DNA from: an uncultured Pseudomonadota bacterium
GTDB lineage: Bacteria; Myxococcota_A; Polyangia; Fen-1088
Assembly (NCBI GenBank): GCA_963847705.1
Contig: CAWKBC010000021.1
Location: 1-64,000 of the forward strand
Direction: 5' to 3'
Length of the DNA: 64,000 bases
Part shown: positions 42,352-52,314 of the stretch, piece after piece
How positions within the stretch are numbered: the stretch's first letter is position 1
How the letters are laid out: every line of letters begins with the position of its first letter
The notes under the pieces: generated by a model
What the model saw: the letters and a program-made list of their open reading frames with translations, nothing else
Told to the model about the DNA's origin: nothing
Databases searched by the model: none
Program-made: the position numbers and the translations under genes

Positions 42352-42975
42352 TTAGCGAAGCTCGCGGGCGGGCAGACCCGACCACCAGGAGATGCTCAAT
42401 GTCAGGACGGCGGCGATCGAGCTGGCGTCGCCGCCGGGCACCGCGCGCAGCCCGCAGGCCGGAGTGATCGACCAGCCGCCGCTGGGGCGGCTGGTGAAAA
42501 ACGCGTCGTAGCTCAGGCCGGCGGTCAGCAGCATTCCGTAGGTGCCGTGGGTCTCGTCGCCCACGCGGGCTGGGTCTTTCGCCGAGGCCCCGCCCAGACC
42601 CAGGCCCGCGTGCGCGGCCAGGTGGCGCCAGAGCCGCGCCTGCGCCTCCAGCGTCAGGCCGCCGAGGGCGGTCGTGATGCCCCGGCGCGAGGCGCTCCCG
42701 TCCTCGATGCCCAGGCCCAGGCCCCAGCGATCGGTGAGCATCTCGCCCAGGTGAACGGTGAGGGCGAGCCCGGTCGCCGTGCCGTCGCGCTGCCCTTTGT
42801 CCCAGGTGGCGAGCGCGTTCGCGCCGGCCCCGGCCGAGAGGTAGTAGCCCTGCCGGGCCTCGGGCGCGCGAAGCGCCTGCGCCTGCGCCGCGTGCCCACC
42901 GAGGGCGATGGCCACGACCACCAGCACCTGCCGCCATCGCGAGCACGCCCCTCGGCCTGATCGACGGTGGCTCAT
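42352..42975 (-). CDS. Putative small outer-membrane beta-barrel protein
   Basis: Signal peptide (AQA), amphipathic Gly/aromatic strands, last gene of TonB operon. Confidence 0.6.
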   Translation of the reverse strand: MSHRRSGRGACSRWRQVLVVVAIALGGHAAQAQALRAPEARQGYYLSAGAGANALATWDKGQRDGTATGLALTVHLGEMLTDRWGLGLGIEDGSASRRGITTALGGLTLEAQARLWRHLAAHAGLGLGGASAKDPARVGDETHGTYGMLLTAGLSYDAFFTSRPSGGWSITPACGLRAVPGGDASSIAAVLTLSISWWSGLPARELR

Positions 42976-45667
42976 CTAGAACTCCGCCCGGAGCCCGAGG
43001 AACGGGAGGATGGGCAGGCCCTGGCTCACCTTCGACTGCGTGTAGTCGTAGTTGTAGGCGATCCCCTCGGGGTTGGTGTGGTTGGTGGCGTTCTGCAGAT
43101 CGAGGTAGGCGTCGAACAGCCAGCGATCGAAGACCCATTGCTTGTCCAGGCGAATGTCGAGCTGGACGAAGGAGGGCTGGCGCGCGCTGTTCACCGGGCC
43201 GAACACCGGGTCGTAGGCGTCGGTGACGCTGTTGAAGACGCTGCCGACCACCGGCGTCTCTGGGTTCCCGCTGACGTAGCGGAAGCGCGAAGCGATGCGC
43301 CAGTGGCGCGGCAGATCGTAGGAGGCCACCGCGGTCAGGATGTTGGTCTGGTCGTAGTCGAAGAGGCGCCACTCGGTTTGACCCGAGTCGAGGCGCTCCG
43401 AGCGCGACAGCGTGTAGGCGATCCAGCCGACGAACCCCGCGGCGAGCTCACGCCGGGCCACCAGCTCGAGGCCGATGATCCGGCCGCGGCCGCCGTTGTC
43501 GTAGTGGAGGGGCACCTCGGCGCCGTTCACGACCTGCGTGGCGTCGGTGGCGCTGACCAGGTTCGAGAGGCGCTTGTAAAAGCCGGTCGCGTCGAAGGTG
43601 GTGCGGGACCAGGGGCGCCACTCGGCCCCCGCCGCCAGGTGGACGGCCCGCTCGGCCTTGAGCGCCGGGTTGCCGAACCCGGCGTCGGTCTCCTCGACGT
43701 TGGGCGTTTGGTCGTAGAGACCGAGCGCCCCCTTGACCGCCCAGCGGGGCGACAGCTCGTAGCGCGCCGACAGCCGCGGCTCCAGGACGCCCTGGTGAAC
43801 GACCTGAAAGTAGTCGGCCCGCACCCCGGCGGAGATCAGCAGCGGCTTCGTCGGCCGCAGCTCGAGCTCCGCGAACAGGCCCGGCGACCACCACCAGGGA
43901 TCGTTGAGGTGCGACTCTTCGACGTCGGTCAGATCCTGGTTGCTCATCGGTTGTCCTTCCAGCGGGGGCGCCGGCAGCCGGACGTGCCCGCTGTAGTGCT
44001 CGGCCAGCGCGTCGGTGCCGGCGACCAGCGTCGCCCAGGGCCGGAGGCGCAGGCGCAGCGTGTCCCGGAGCTGGACGGCCCGCCGATGCAGGTCGAGGAC
44101 CAGATCGCCGAGGCTGATCGTCTCCACGTCCTGCCCGGCCGACAGGCGCAGCGTGTTCTCGATCCCCTCGCGCGGCGTGTAGCGGTCGGCGACCAGCGCG
44201 CGCCAGAATCCCGTCCGCGTGTTCAGCTGATTGCCGGTGGCCTGCTGGGAGAAATCAGCCGGGTTCTTGAACAGCAGCGCCAGCCGATCGTCGGCGGCGA
44301 AGGCGATCGCCCGCAGATCGTGCGCGGGGCTGAGCCGGTAGTTCGCCAGCAGCTGCGCGTCGTAGTAGACGGGCGCGGTCAGCCAGCTGACCGGCTGCCC
44401 GCTTCCGGAGGCGGCGGCGCTGATGACGGCGTCCAGGTAGCTGCGCCGCGCGGCGACGGCGATGCCGCCCCGGTCACCCAGCGGCGCTTCGAGGTAGACG
44501 CCGGTGTCGAGCACGCTGACGTCGACGTAGCCGCCGAAGCGCTTGGGCTTGAGCTCCTTGAGGTGCACGTCGACGATGCCGCCGGTGGCGCGCCCGTACT
44601 CGGGCGAGAAGTTGCCGGGCACGAACTCGATGTTGTCGATGATCCCTTCGGGCAGGACGCTGCGCAGGCCGCCGAAGTGGTAGACCAGCGGCACGTCCAT
44701 CCCGTCGACGAAGATTCTGGGTGTCCTCGGGCGCGGAGCCGCGCACGATGAGGAGGCCGCTGCCCGCGGGCGCCCGGGCCACGCCGGCCAGATCCTGGAG
44801 CACCGCCAGCGGATCGCCGGCCGTGCCGGGGACCTTGTCGATGACGTCGGCGGTCAGCACGACGTGCGTGACGTCCTTCTTGGGGCGCGCGGCGGTCACC
44901 GTCACGTCGAGCGGGTTCGCCTGGCCGCGCTCCACGTAGTAGGTCACCACGGTCTTTTCGCCGTGGCGGATCTCCTCGCTGGTGCGGAACGGGAAGTAGG
45001 CGGGGGCTTCGACCTCGACGTGCCAGGCGCCGGGCGCGAGATCGAAGAAGGCGAAGCGACCGTCGCCGTCGGTGGTCGCCTCGTAGGCTTCGGGCGGCGA
45101 CGCGCCCGCCTGGCCTGCCTTGTCGACCTTGTCGGCGTTGTCGGCGTTGTCCTCTTGGCTGACGGTGACGACGGCGCCGACGAGCGGGCTCCGGGTGCCG
45201 CGCTCGCGGAGCTGCCCGGCCAGGCTCTCGCGTGGGGGAGCCTTCGCGGCGGCCGGTGAGGCTGACGCCCGTGGCGCAGCGAACGCCGGCGGCGCCGGCG
45301 TCTTGGCCTGGAGGCGGAACTTCACCTTGTACGCCAGCTCCACCGCGACGGGCTTTCCGTCGCTCTCGGCCGGCTCGAACAGGTAGCCGCCGGCGGCAGC
45401 GACGGCCGCCCTGTCGAACGCCTCGCGCCCGGGCCCCGCGGACGTCGCCACCTCGGCGTGGCCGACGTGTCCGGCGGCGTCGATGGTGAGGTCGAGGATC
45501 ACGTCGGCCTCCAGGCCGGCGGCGGCCGCGTCGGGCGGGTAGGTGGCGTCGACGAAGATGATCTGCTTGGGCAGCTTGCTGGGCCCGCCGTTCGCCGGGG
45601 CGTCGGCGGCTCGGGCCGTCGCGGTCAGGGCGAGAGCCAGCAGGCCAAGCAAGACGGCGCGCTTCAC
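42976..45667 (-). CDS. TonB-dependent receptor with N-terminal TonB C-terminal-like and carboxypeptidase-regulatory-like domains; frameshift ~44716
   Basis: GTG 45667 signal peptide; YPPDA…IDAAG…FDRAAV…FEPA…GKPV; plug PGTAGDPL…LIVRGS joins IFVDGMDVP…GNFSPEYGRATGG after removing one base; C-terminal GLRAEF. Confidence 0.9.
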
Positions 45668-46659
45668 GGCGTCGGCTCCAGCGAGGCGGTGGCGGTGGTC
45701 CAGCCCACGCCGCCCCGGTCGTCGCGGACGACGACGATCAGGCGCGAGGCCGGCCGGGCGTCCACCCGGGTGGCGGGCGGCGTCCACTTGTCGGCGCTGG
45801 CGTCGGCCAGGCTGTTGGCGCCATCAATGAACAGCGTCCGGCTGTCGTGAAAGTCGCCCAGCTCGGCGAACCAGCTGAAGAGCAGCGTCTCGCGGAGCGT
45901 GGCGGTCCCGCCGTCGAGGCCCGGCCCCACGTACGTTTCGGCCTGACCGTCGTCGATGGCGACGTGAAGCAGGCTGTCTTGCACGCGCGGCACCTCCACG
46001 CTGCCCGCGTCGTCCAGCGTCTGCGTCCCCGCCGCCAGATCGACGCTGAGGGCGCCCGGGACGGGGTTGGCGTTCGAGATGGCGCCGGCTTCGATCGGCA
46101 GGTTCACCACGGTCGTCCCCAGCTGCACGGCGGCTCCCTGGGTCACGCGCACCGAGATCCGGATGGGGAAACCGCCGCTGCAGGAAAGCGGCTGGCCGTC
46201 GAATCCAGCGCCGCAGAGCGCGGCGAGCAGGTCGGGCGGAAACGGGTTGGTGAAGGAGACCGTCGGCCCGGTGCCGAGCTCGAAGGCGGGCAGGGGCGCG
46301 GTCAGGCCGGCGGCCGCCAGCATCGTGCTGGCGTCGCCGAAGGAGATCGGGCAGACGTAGCCGTCGTTGGCCTGGCCGACCAGCGGGCACCACGACCAGT
46401 CGAGCTCCAGTGGCGCGTCCGACGGGCTGTAGATGAGCGGCGTCATCGTGGTGGTCTCGCCCTGGGCGGGGTTGACGGGCGCCGCCTGCAGCGCCAGCAG
46501 CCGGAGCTTCGAGAGCAGGATGGGCGAATCGAAGCTGGCGCCGCAGCCGCCGAGGCCGGCGGCGAGCAGGCCGAGCGCGAGCAGGGTGGCGACGGCGCTG
46601 GTGCGGCGAACGAGCACCGTGCGCAAGGCCCAGCAGAGAAAGCGGCGGTCCAGGGTCAT
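45664..46659 (-). CDS. Lipoprotein associated with TonB-dependent receptor
   Basis: Lipobox LGG-C; LRLLALQA…WSWC…C; C-terminal VVVRDDRGGVGW; 4-nt overlaps with both neighbours. Confidence 0.8.
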   Translation of the reverse strand: MTLDRRFLCWALRTVLVRRTSAVATLLALGLLAAGLGGCGASFDSPILLSKLRLLALQAAPVNPAQGETTTMTPLIYSPSDAPLELDWSWCPLVGQANDGYVCPISFGDASTMLAAAGLTAPLPAFELGTGPTVSFTNPFPPDLLAALCGAGFDGQPLSCSGGFPIRISVRVTQGAAVQLGTTVVNLPIEAGAISNANPVPGALSVDLAAGTQTLDDAGSVEVPRVQDSLLHVAIDDGQAETYVGPGLDGGTATLRETLLFSWFAELGDFHDSRTLFIDGANSLADASADKWTPPATRVDARPASRLIVVVRDDRGGVGWTTATASLEPTP

Positions 46660-47576
46660 GGCGTGTCCAGGCGAAAGTGGGCGGTGAAGCTGAAGGTGGT
46701 GGCGACCGGGACACCGTCGCGCAGCGCCGGGCTGAAGCGCTCCTCGCGCGCGGCCTGGCGGGCCGATTCGTCAAAGGCCTCGTCATGGCTGCTGCGGCCG
46801 ACGGTGACGGAGAGGACGCGGCCCGCAGCGTCGAGCGAGATGACCAGCAGGACGTCCGCCTCCACGCCGGAGGCGCGGCGCGCGTCGGGGTAGTGCGGCT
46901 TCACCTCGCGCAAGCGGCGGGGCGGCGTCAGCACGCTGCCCGGGTGGGGGAGGCCGCGGGCGGCTCGGTTGGAGCTGGCCGGCGGCTCGGCGGCCGGGAT
47001 CGACGTGCGCGCAGCCGTCGTCGGAGTCGTTCCAGCCAGGCTGCCGCCGGCGGCGAAGCTCGGTCCCTGTCCCGTTTCAGACGTCGATTCCAGCGACAGC
47101 CCGACGAGCTTGAGCGGCGTGGGTGGCGGCGCGGCGGCCGGCTGGGGCGCTGGCGGCGCGCGCAGGGCCTCGCGCCGGGCCACGTGTGGGACGCTCGGGC
47201 GCGGCGACGCGATCGGCGCCGCTGCCGCCGCCGGGCGGGACGGCAGCGGTGCCTGGTGGGCCCGGACGGTGATTCGGGTGGAGCGCGGCGCGACGGGCGG
47301 TGCGACGCGCGTGCGCCAGACCGCCGCGGCCACGCCGGCGTGGACTGCCACCGCCAGCACCCAGAGCGCGGCGTCGGTCCACCACCAACGGCGGCCCGGC
47401 TTGGCCGCCTCCAGCGCGGCGCGCGCGGCCGTGGCGGTGGCGACTCCCAGCGGCGCCACACGCCCGCGCCGCGCCCGCCGCCGCCGCCGCACGGGTGCGC
47501 AGGGAGCCGCTCGCACGAGGCGCACGTGCGGACCCGGGCGGCGCGGGTCGGATGTCGGCGTCAGGGACCGCGTCAC
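46656..47576 (-). CDS. tonB: TonB energy transducer
   Basis: TM with conserved His (AVAVH), Pro-rich linker, C-terminal PHYPDARR…FDESA…RFSPA. Confidence 0.85.
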   Translation of the reverse strand: MTRSLTPTSDPRRPGPHVRLVRAAPCAPVRRRRRARRGRVAPLGVATATAARAALEAAKPGRRWWWTDAALWVLAVAVHAGVAAAVWRTRVAPPVAPRSTRITVRAHQAPLPSRPAAAAAPIASPRPSVPHVARREALRAPPAPQPAAAPPPTPLKLVGLSLESTSETGQGPSFAAGGSLAGTTPTTAARTSIPAAEPPASSNRAARGLPHPGSVLTPPRRLREVKPHYPDARRASGVEADVLLVISLDAAGRVLSVTVGRSSHDEAFDESARQAAREERFSPALRDGVPVATTFSFTAHFRLDTP

Positions 47577-48031
47577 TGGGCGGGTCCCGGGACGGGGGCG
47601 GTTCCTGGGGTGGCTTCTGGCGCGCGCTCCACGTCCAGCGCGAATCCGGCGAGGCCCGCGCCCTTGACGAGGTCGATGACCTCCATGACCTTGCCGTAAG
47701 GGACGGTGCGGTCCGCCGCGATCACGGCCTGGGCGGCCGGATCGCGCGTGACGGCAGCCCGCAGCTCGGCGCGGACCGCCGCCGGCGTGGTGGGGTGACC
47801 GTCCAGCGCCAGGGCGCCCCCCCGGTCCAGCACCAGGTTCAGCGTCGATGCGACCTTCGCGCCGCCGGCCGCGGCGCGCGGAAGATCGACCTTCAGGCTG
47901 GCGCGGACGATGGCCGCCGAGGTGACGATGAAGATGACCAGCAGGACCAGGACGATGTCGACGAACGGGATGATGTTGATGGACGCGATCGGGCCGTCGT
48001 CTTGCGAGGCCGCTTTCTCCAGGGCTGCCAT
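47573..48031 (-). CDS. exbD: ExbD/TolR family protein
   Basis: INIIPFVDIVLVLLVIFIVT, VDLP, IAADR…YGKVMEVID. Confidence 0.93.
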   Translation of the reverse strand: MAALEKAASQDDGPIASINIIPFVDIVLVLLVIFIVTSAAIVRASLKVDLPRAAAGGAKVASTLNLVLDRGGALALDGHPTTPAAVRAELRAAVTRDPAAQAVIAADRTVPYGKVMEVIDLVKGAGLAGFALDVERAPEATPGTAPVPGPAQ

Positions 48032-48038
48032 GACGCCC

Positions 48039-48725
48039 TCACTCCGCCGCCGCACGCAGCGACGCGCCCTGGGGCTCCGCGGCCGCGAGCTCGCCCTTGA
48101 GGCGGGAGAGCAACATCCGCGACAGCGTCTCGGCGCGCGTGACGCGTGCCTTCACCGCGTTCTTGAAGGCGTTGAACGCCACGACCGCCGGGATGGCCAC
48201 CAGCAGGCCGATGGCGGTCGCCACCAGCGCCTCGGCCAGCGCGGTCATCACACCGGGGTGCGCCTCGGCCAGATCCGCCCCGAGGTTCCTGAACGCGCTG
48301 ACGATCCCCAGCACGGTGCCAAAGAGACCGACGTAGGGCGCGTTGCTGGCCAGCGTCGCCAGGAACGAGAGTCGCAACTCGAAGCGGGCACGTTCGGCGC
48401 CGAGCGCGCCAGCCAGGAGCTCCTCGACCGCGTCTGGCCCCTGGTCGCAGGCGACCAGGCCGCGGAGCAGCACGCGCGCCTCCAGGCTGCGGCGTCCGGT
48501 CAGCGCGCGGGCGGCGCCGTCGTAGTCGCCGCGCCCGAGCGCCGTCTCGACGGACGCCGCGAAGCGCGCGCTCTCGGGGGCGTGCCGCCGGAAGAAGACC
48601 AGGCGCTCGAGGATGACGGCCACCGACGACGCCGAGAGCGCGAAGAGCAGCCAGAAGACCCACTCGGATTGAAAGAGGGGCCACTCCAAAAGACGGTGGA
48701 CGAACGTCGAGGTGGTGGCGTGCAC
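48039..48725 (-). CDS. exbB: MotA/TolQ/ExbB family protein
   Basis: AGGAG RBS before GTG 48725; LATLASNAPYVGLFGTVLGI, AEALVATAIGLLVAIPA. Confidence 0.93.
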   Translation of the reverse strand: MHATTSTFVHRLLEWPLFQSEWVFWLLFALSASSVAVILERLVFFRRHAPESARFAASVETALGRGDYDGAARALTGRRSLEARVLLRGLVACDQGPDAVEELLAGALGAERARFELRLSFLATLASNAPYVGLFGTVLGIVSAFRNLGADLAEAHPGVMTALAEALVATAIGLLVAIPAVVAFNAFKNAVKARVTRAETLSRMLLSRLKGELAAAEPQGASLRAAAE

Positions 48726-48855
48726 GGCCGGCTCTCCTGTTTCGGGTTGCGCCCCGCGAGGCGGGATCGCAGGAGAAACACCGGCGGGGACGATGCGTGT
48801 CACCACCCTCGCGCTTTTTTGCGGCGGCGCCGTGTCATCATCCCCGCCCCACACG

Positions 48856-50103
48856 ATGAACACTCCGATCCCCGCCGCCACCGTCACACCGGGCGCGGCC
48901 TTCGCGCACCGCGATTTTCGTCGCTACGTCGTCTCGTCGCTGGCGCTGAACCTCGGCGCGCAGATGACGAGCGTGGCGGTCGGCTGGCAGATCTACGCGC
49001 TCACCCACCGGGCCGTCTCGCTCGGGTACGTGGGGCTGGTGCAGTTCGCGCCCGTCCTGTTGTTGACGCTGCCGGGCGGGAACGTGGCCGACCGTTTCGA
49101 TCGCGGGCGGATCGTGGCGATCTGCAACGTCACGCTCGCCCTCTGCATCCTGGCGCTCTGCGCGCTGGCGATCGCCCATGGGGGCACGGCGCCGATCTAC
49201 ACGGTGCTCTTCTTCGTCGGCGTGGCGCGCGCCTTCCTGGCGCCGGCGGCCCAGGCCACCGTCCCGGGGCTGGTGCCGCCCGAGCACCTGGCCAACGCGG
49301 TCACCTGGACCTCCACGACCTGGCAGATCTCGACGATCGCCGGCCCGGCGCTGGGCGGCGTGCTCTACGGGTTGGCGCGGGGGCCCATCTGGGTCTACGC
49401 CATCGCGGCGGCGTTGATGGCGCTGGCGGCGGTGGCGGCCTTCTCCATGCGCCCGCATCCGCCTCTGCGCAGCGAGCATCGGGAAGGCGAGCTGGCGCGC
49501 GTCGCCGAGGGGCTGCGCTTCGTCTGGACGCGGCCGGTGATCCTCGAGTCGATCTCGCTCGATCTGTTCGCCGTGCTGCTGGGCGGGGCGACCGCGCTCT
49601 TGCCGATCTTCGCCAGCGACATCCTCCACGTGGGGCCCTTCGGCCTCGGCCTCTTGCGCAGCGCCCCGGCCGCGGGCGCCGCGCTGACCGCCGTCGGCCT
49701 GGCCTACCGGCCGCTCACCCGGCGGGCGGGGCCGATCCTGCTGGTCTGCGTGGCGCTGTTCGGGGTGGCAACCATCGTCTTCGGGCTGTCGCGCCACTTC
49801 GGGCTGTCGCTGGCGGCGCTGGCCGTGCTCGGCGCGACCGACATGGTGAGCGTGGTGATCCGCTCGACGGTGGTGCAGCTCCGCACGCCGCACGAGATGC
49901 GCGGCCGCGTCAGCGCCGTCAACATGGTGTTCATCTCCAGCTCGAACGATCTCGGCGAGCTGGAGTCGGGGCTCACGGCGGCCTGGTTGGGCGCGGTGCC
50001 GGCGGTGATCGTCGGCGGCGTCGGGACGCTGCTGGTGGTCGCGGTCTACACCTTCGCGCTCGGCTCGCTGAGGAAGATCGACCGCCTCGAGTCGGCGCGC
50101 TAA
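48856..50103 (+). CDS. MFS transporter (EntS/MFS_3-like)
   Basis: AFAHRDFR, GNVADRFDRGRI motif A, 12 TM pattern, TPHEMRGRV. Confidence 0.92.
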   Translation: MNTPIPAATVTPGAAFAHRDFRRYVVSSLALNLGAQMTSVAVGWQIYALTHRAVSLGYVGLVQFAPVLLLTLPGGNVADRFDRGRIVAICNVTLALCILALCALAIAHGGTAPIYTVLFFVGVARAFLAPAAQATVPGLVPPEHLANAVTWTSTTWQISTIAGPALGGVLYGLARGPIWVYAIAAALMALAAVAAFSMRPHPPLRSEHREGELARVAEGLRFVWTRPVILESISLDLFAVLLGGATALLPIFASDILHVGPFGLGLLRSAPAAGAALTAVGLAYRPLTRRAGPILLVCVALFGVATIVFGLSRHFGLSLAALAVLGATDMVSVVIRSTVVQLRTPHEMRGRVSAVNMVFISSSNDLGELESGLTAAWLGAVPAVIVGGVGTLLVVAVYTFALGSLRKIDRLESAR

Positions 50104-50112
50104 AAGAGGCGC

Positions 50113-50757
50113 ATGTCCAAGTTGCGTCTCCAGCTCTCGCTGTCGCTGGACGGCTTCGTGGCCGGACCCGACCAGAGCGTGGCCAACCCGCTCGGCCTCG
50201 GCGGGATGCGCCTGCACCAATGGGTCTTCCCGCTCACCGCCTGGCGCGCGATGCATGGCCTCGAGGGAGGCGAGACGACGGCGAGCACGCCGGTGGTCGA
50301 GGAGACCCAGGCCAACCTCGGCGCCGGCATCATGGGGCGCAACATGTTCGGCGGTCACCCCGGGCCCTGGGATCCGCAGCAGCCCTGGAACGGCTGGTGG
50401 GGAGATGAGCCGCCGTTTCACTATCCTGTCTTCGTCCTCACCAACCACCCGCGCGCGCCGCTGGTCGCCAAGGGGGGGACCACGTTCCACTTCGCGACCG
50501 ACGGAATCGAGGCGGCGCTGACCCAGGCGCGCCAGGCCGCGGGCAGCCGCGACATCTCGCTCGCCGGCGGCGCCAGCGCGGCCAGGCAGTTTCTGGCGGC
50601 AGGCTCGGTCGACGAGATGTGGCTGCACATCGTGCCGGTTCTCCTGGGAAGCGGCGAGCGGCTCTTCGACGACGGGCTCGATGATCTGCGCGGCCTCGGG
50701 CTGGTGAAGACGGTGCAGGGAGACGGCGTGATGCACCTGAAGTTCGCTCGCTCGTAG
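50113..50757 (+). CDS. Dihydrofolate reductase/RibD C-terminal family protein
   Basis: SLDGFVAGP, IMGRNMF, GGAS, VDEMWLHIVPVLLGSGERLF. Confidence 0.92.
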   Translation: MSKLRLQLSLSLDGFVAGPDQSVANPLGLGGMRLHQWVFPLTAWRAMHGLEGGETTASTPVVEETQANLGAGIMGRNMFGGHPGPWDPQQPWNGWWGDEPPFHYPVFVLTNHPRAPLVAKGGTTFHFATDGIEAALTQARQAAGSRDISLAGGASAARQFLAAGSVDEMWLHIVPVLLGSGERLFDDGLDDLRGLGLVKTVQGDGVMHLKFARS

Positions 50758-50803
50758 GGCGCCCGCGCGCCGAGCTCCCAGACGCGCGCCGCCCGGTGGG
50801 CGC

Positions 50804-51124
50804 TCAGTTGGCGCCGGTCGCGACGCGAAACCAGATCGCGCGCGTTGCGTGGCACTGCCGGCAGACCATCGCCAGCTCGCGGAGGATCCCGCGCGCGGTC
50901 GAGGTGGCGCGGTCGCCGCGGAGCTCCATCTCGATTGCCTCGCACTGAACACAGGGGATCGCCCGCGCCTTCGTCTCGACGACCGACGCGGCCGGGACCT
51001 CCATCGGGCGCTCGGGTGAGCCGCCGGGCAGCTCGGCGGCGAGGCGTTCCAGCTGGCGGACGGTCTTGCGGAGGGCGCGCTGCTGTTCGCGTTGTTGGCG
51101 GCGTGGGCGGGGAGGGCGAGGCAT
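50804..51124 (-). CDS. Small putative zinc-ribbon protein (CxxC…CxxC)
   Basis: MPRPPRP…LPGGSPERP…CVQC…CRQC…WF; follows MAPEG gene on the same strand. Confidence 0.65.
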   Translation of the reverse strand: MPRPPRPRRQQREQQRALRKTVRQLERLAAELPGGSPERPMEVPAASVVETKARAIPCVQCEAIEMELRGDRATSTARGILRELAMVCRQCHATRAIWFRVATGAN

Positions 51125-51138
51125 CGGAACGGACAGCG

Positions 51139-51555
51139 CTAAATCACGCGCGCGATGAACCGGATCCAGAGCATCAGCAGGACAACGTTGCTGGCGGCGT
51201 AGGACGTCAGCCGCACGAGAATCCGATTGGAGGTCACGTGGACGAGCGAGTGCGCCAACCGCAGCGCCAGATAGACCCAGGCGAGCGTCACCACCCGCAG
51301 CGTCACCTGGTGCGTGACGTAGAAGGCGATGCTCACCACGTAGAACAGCAGCGGCATCTCTAGCAGGTTCATCAGATTGCGGTTCCAGACCGTCACGTCG
51401 TCGGGGACCTCCGGGCTCTCGCCCAGGCGGAAGGCGCCGCGCCGCACGCGCCCGGCCTTCACGGCGCGGATGCGGCTGAAGCCGACCATGAAGACCATGC
51501 ACCCCGTCCAGAGCGCCAGCACGCTCACCGGCACGAAGACCGCCTCCTGTCTCAT
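51139..51555 (-). CDS. MAPEG family membrane protein
   Basis: RNLMNLLEMPLLFY, WVYLALRLAHS; 4 TM; ATG 7 nt after TAGAGT. Confidence 0.88.
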   Translation of the reverse strand: MRQEAVFVPVSVLALWTGCMVFMVGFSRIRAVKAGRVRRGAFRLGESPEVPDDVTVWNRNLMNLLEMPLLFYVVSIAFYVTHQVTLRVVTLAWVYLALRLAHSLVHVTSNRILVRLTSYAASNVVLLMLWIRFIARVI

Positions 51556-51713
51556 GGGACGGACTCTACGCCATCGACGGAGCCCTGGCCGATCGCGACA
51601 TTTCTGTCCGTGCTGGGCGGGCCGGTTGCAAATATTCGTGCCCGAGGCGACGGCCATCGCTCTGAAATCGAGCCATTGCGGCGGGCATGTCGTTTGCTGT
51701 GATCATTCGCATC

Positions 51714-52226
51714 ATGAATCTCCGGTGGTTGGTCCTGGCCGCTCTGTTGGCTGGATGTGGGTCCGAGGGGCTCTCCGATCCAAAAGGCAGCGTCCTCACC
51801 GCCGACGTGACCCAGGTGATCTACTCATCGCTGGGCGGCGGGTTCGGCCCTGCTCCGACCTCCGGGGCGGCCTGCGATCCGGGAAAGTGGTCCTACGCGA
51901 TCTCGTTCGCCACCCGGACCCGCGCGTCGACCAGCTGCACCGTCGATGGGGCCTACGACGATCCCGCCAGCTTCGTGCCCAGCGCCGAGCAGATCACGCT
52001 CGACGATGCGCAGTGGCAGGCGGTCGAGGCGGCGATCGCCGCGGTGACGGTCTCCGCTTCGAACAGCTGCGGGGCAGATCTGGAAACCCGCCAGCTGGAG
52101 GTCGACTCCACGACCGCATCCGTCATCTACGGCGACGATTTCTACGCCTGCCTGCACGACTACGCGTCCTACGTGACCACCGCGAGCCTCGACAACCTGT
52201 GGACGGTTCTCTCTGCCATCCCGTAG
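51714..52226 (+). CDS. Cys-containing lipoprotein, unknown function
   Basis: MNLRWLVLAALLAG-C lipobox; possible sigma-54 site GGGCATGTCGTTTGCT at 51683-51698. Confidence 0.75.
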   Translation: MNLRWLVLAALLAGCGSEGLSDPKGSVLTADVTQVIYSSLGGGFGPAPTSGAACDPGKWSYAISFATRTRASTSCTVDGAYDDPASFVPSAEQITLDDAQWQAVEAAIAAVTVSASNSCGADLETRQLEVDSTTASVIYGDDFYACLHDYASYVTTASLDNLWTVLSAIP

Positions 52227-52236
52227 CGGGGCGCCG

Positions 52237-52314
52237 CTGGGCCGCCTCCGGGCGGCACGTCGTCGGGCATGGTTCGCTGCGCTCACCGTTGCCGTTGCGG
52301 CAACGCCCTGCTAG
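52237..52314. repeat. Copy of the 74-bp palindromic CTAG-bounded repeat
   Basis: Near-identical to units at 60201-60348; ends at CTAG containing the hisC stop codon. Confidence 0.88.

Noticed and set aside
37305-45150. Recurrent ADK/ADN micro-repeats in the hydrolase (37305-37332), the receptor (45120-45150) and the 60-aa protein
   Set aside because: Short 9-12 bp slippage expansions in loops; no evidence of a shared element
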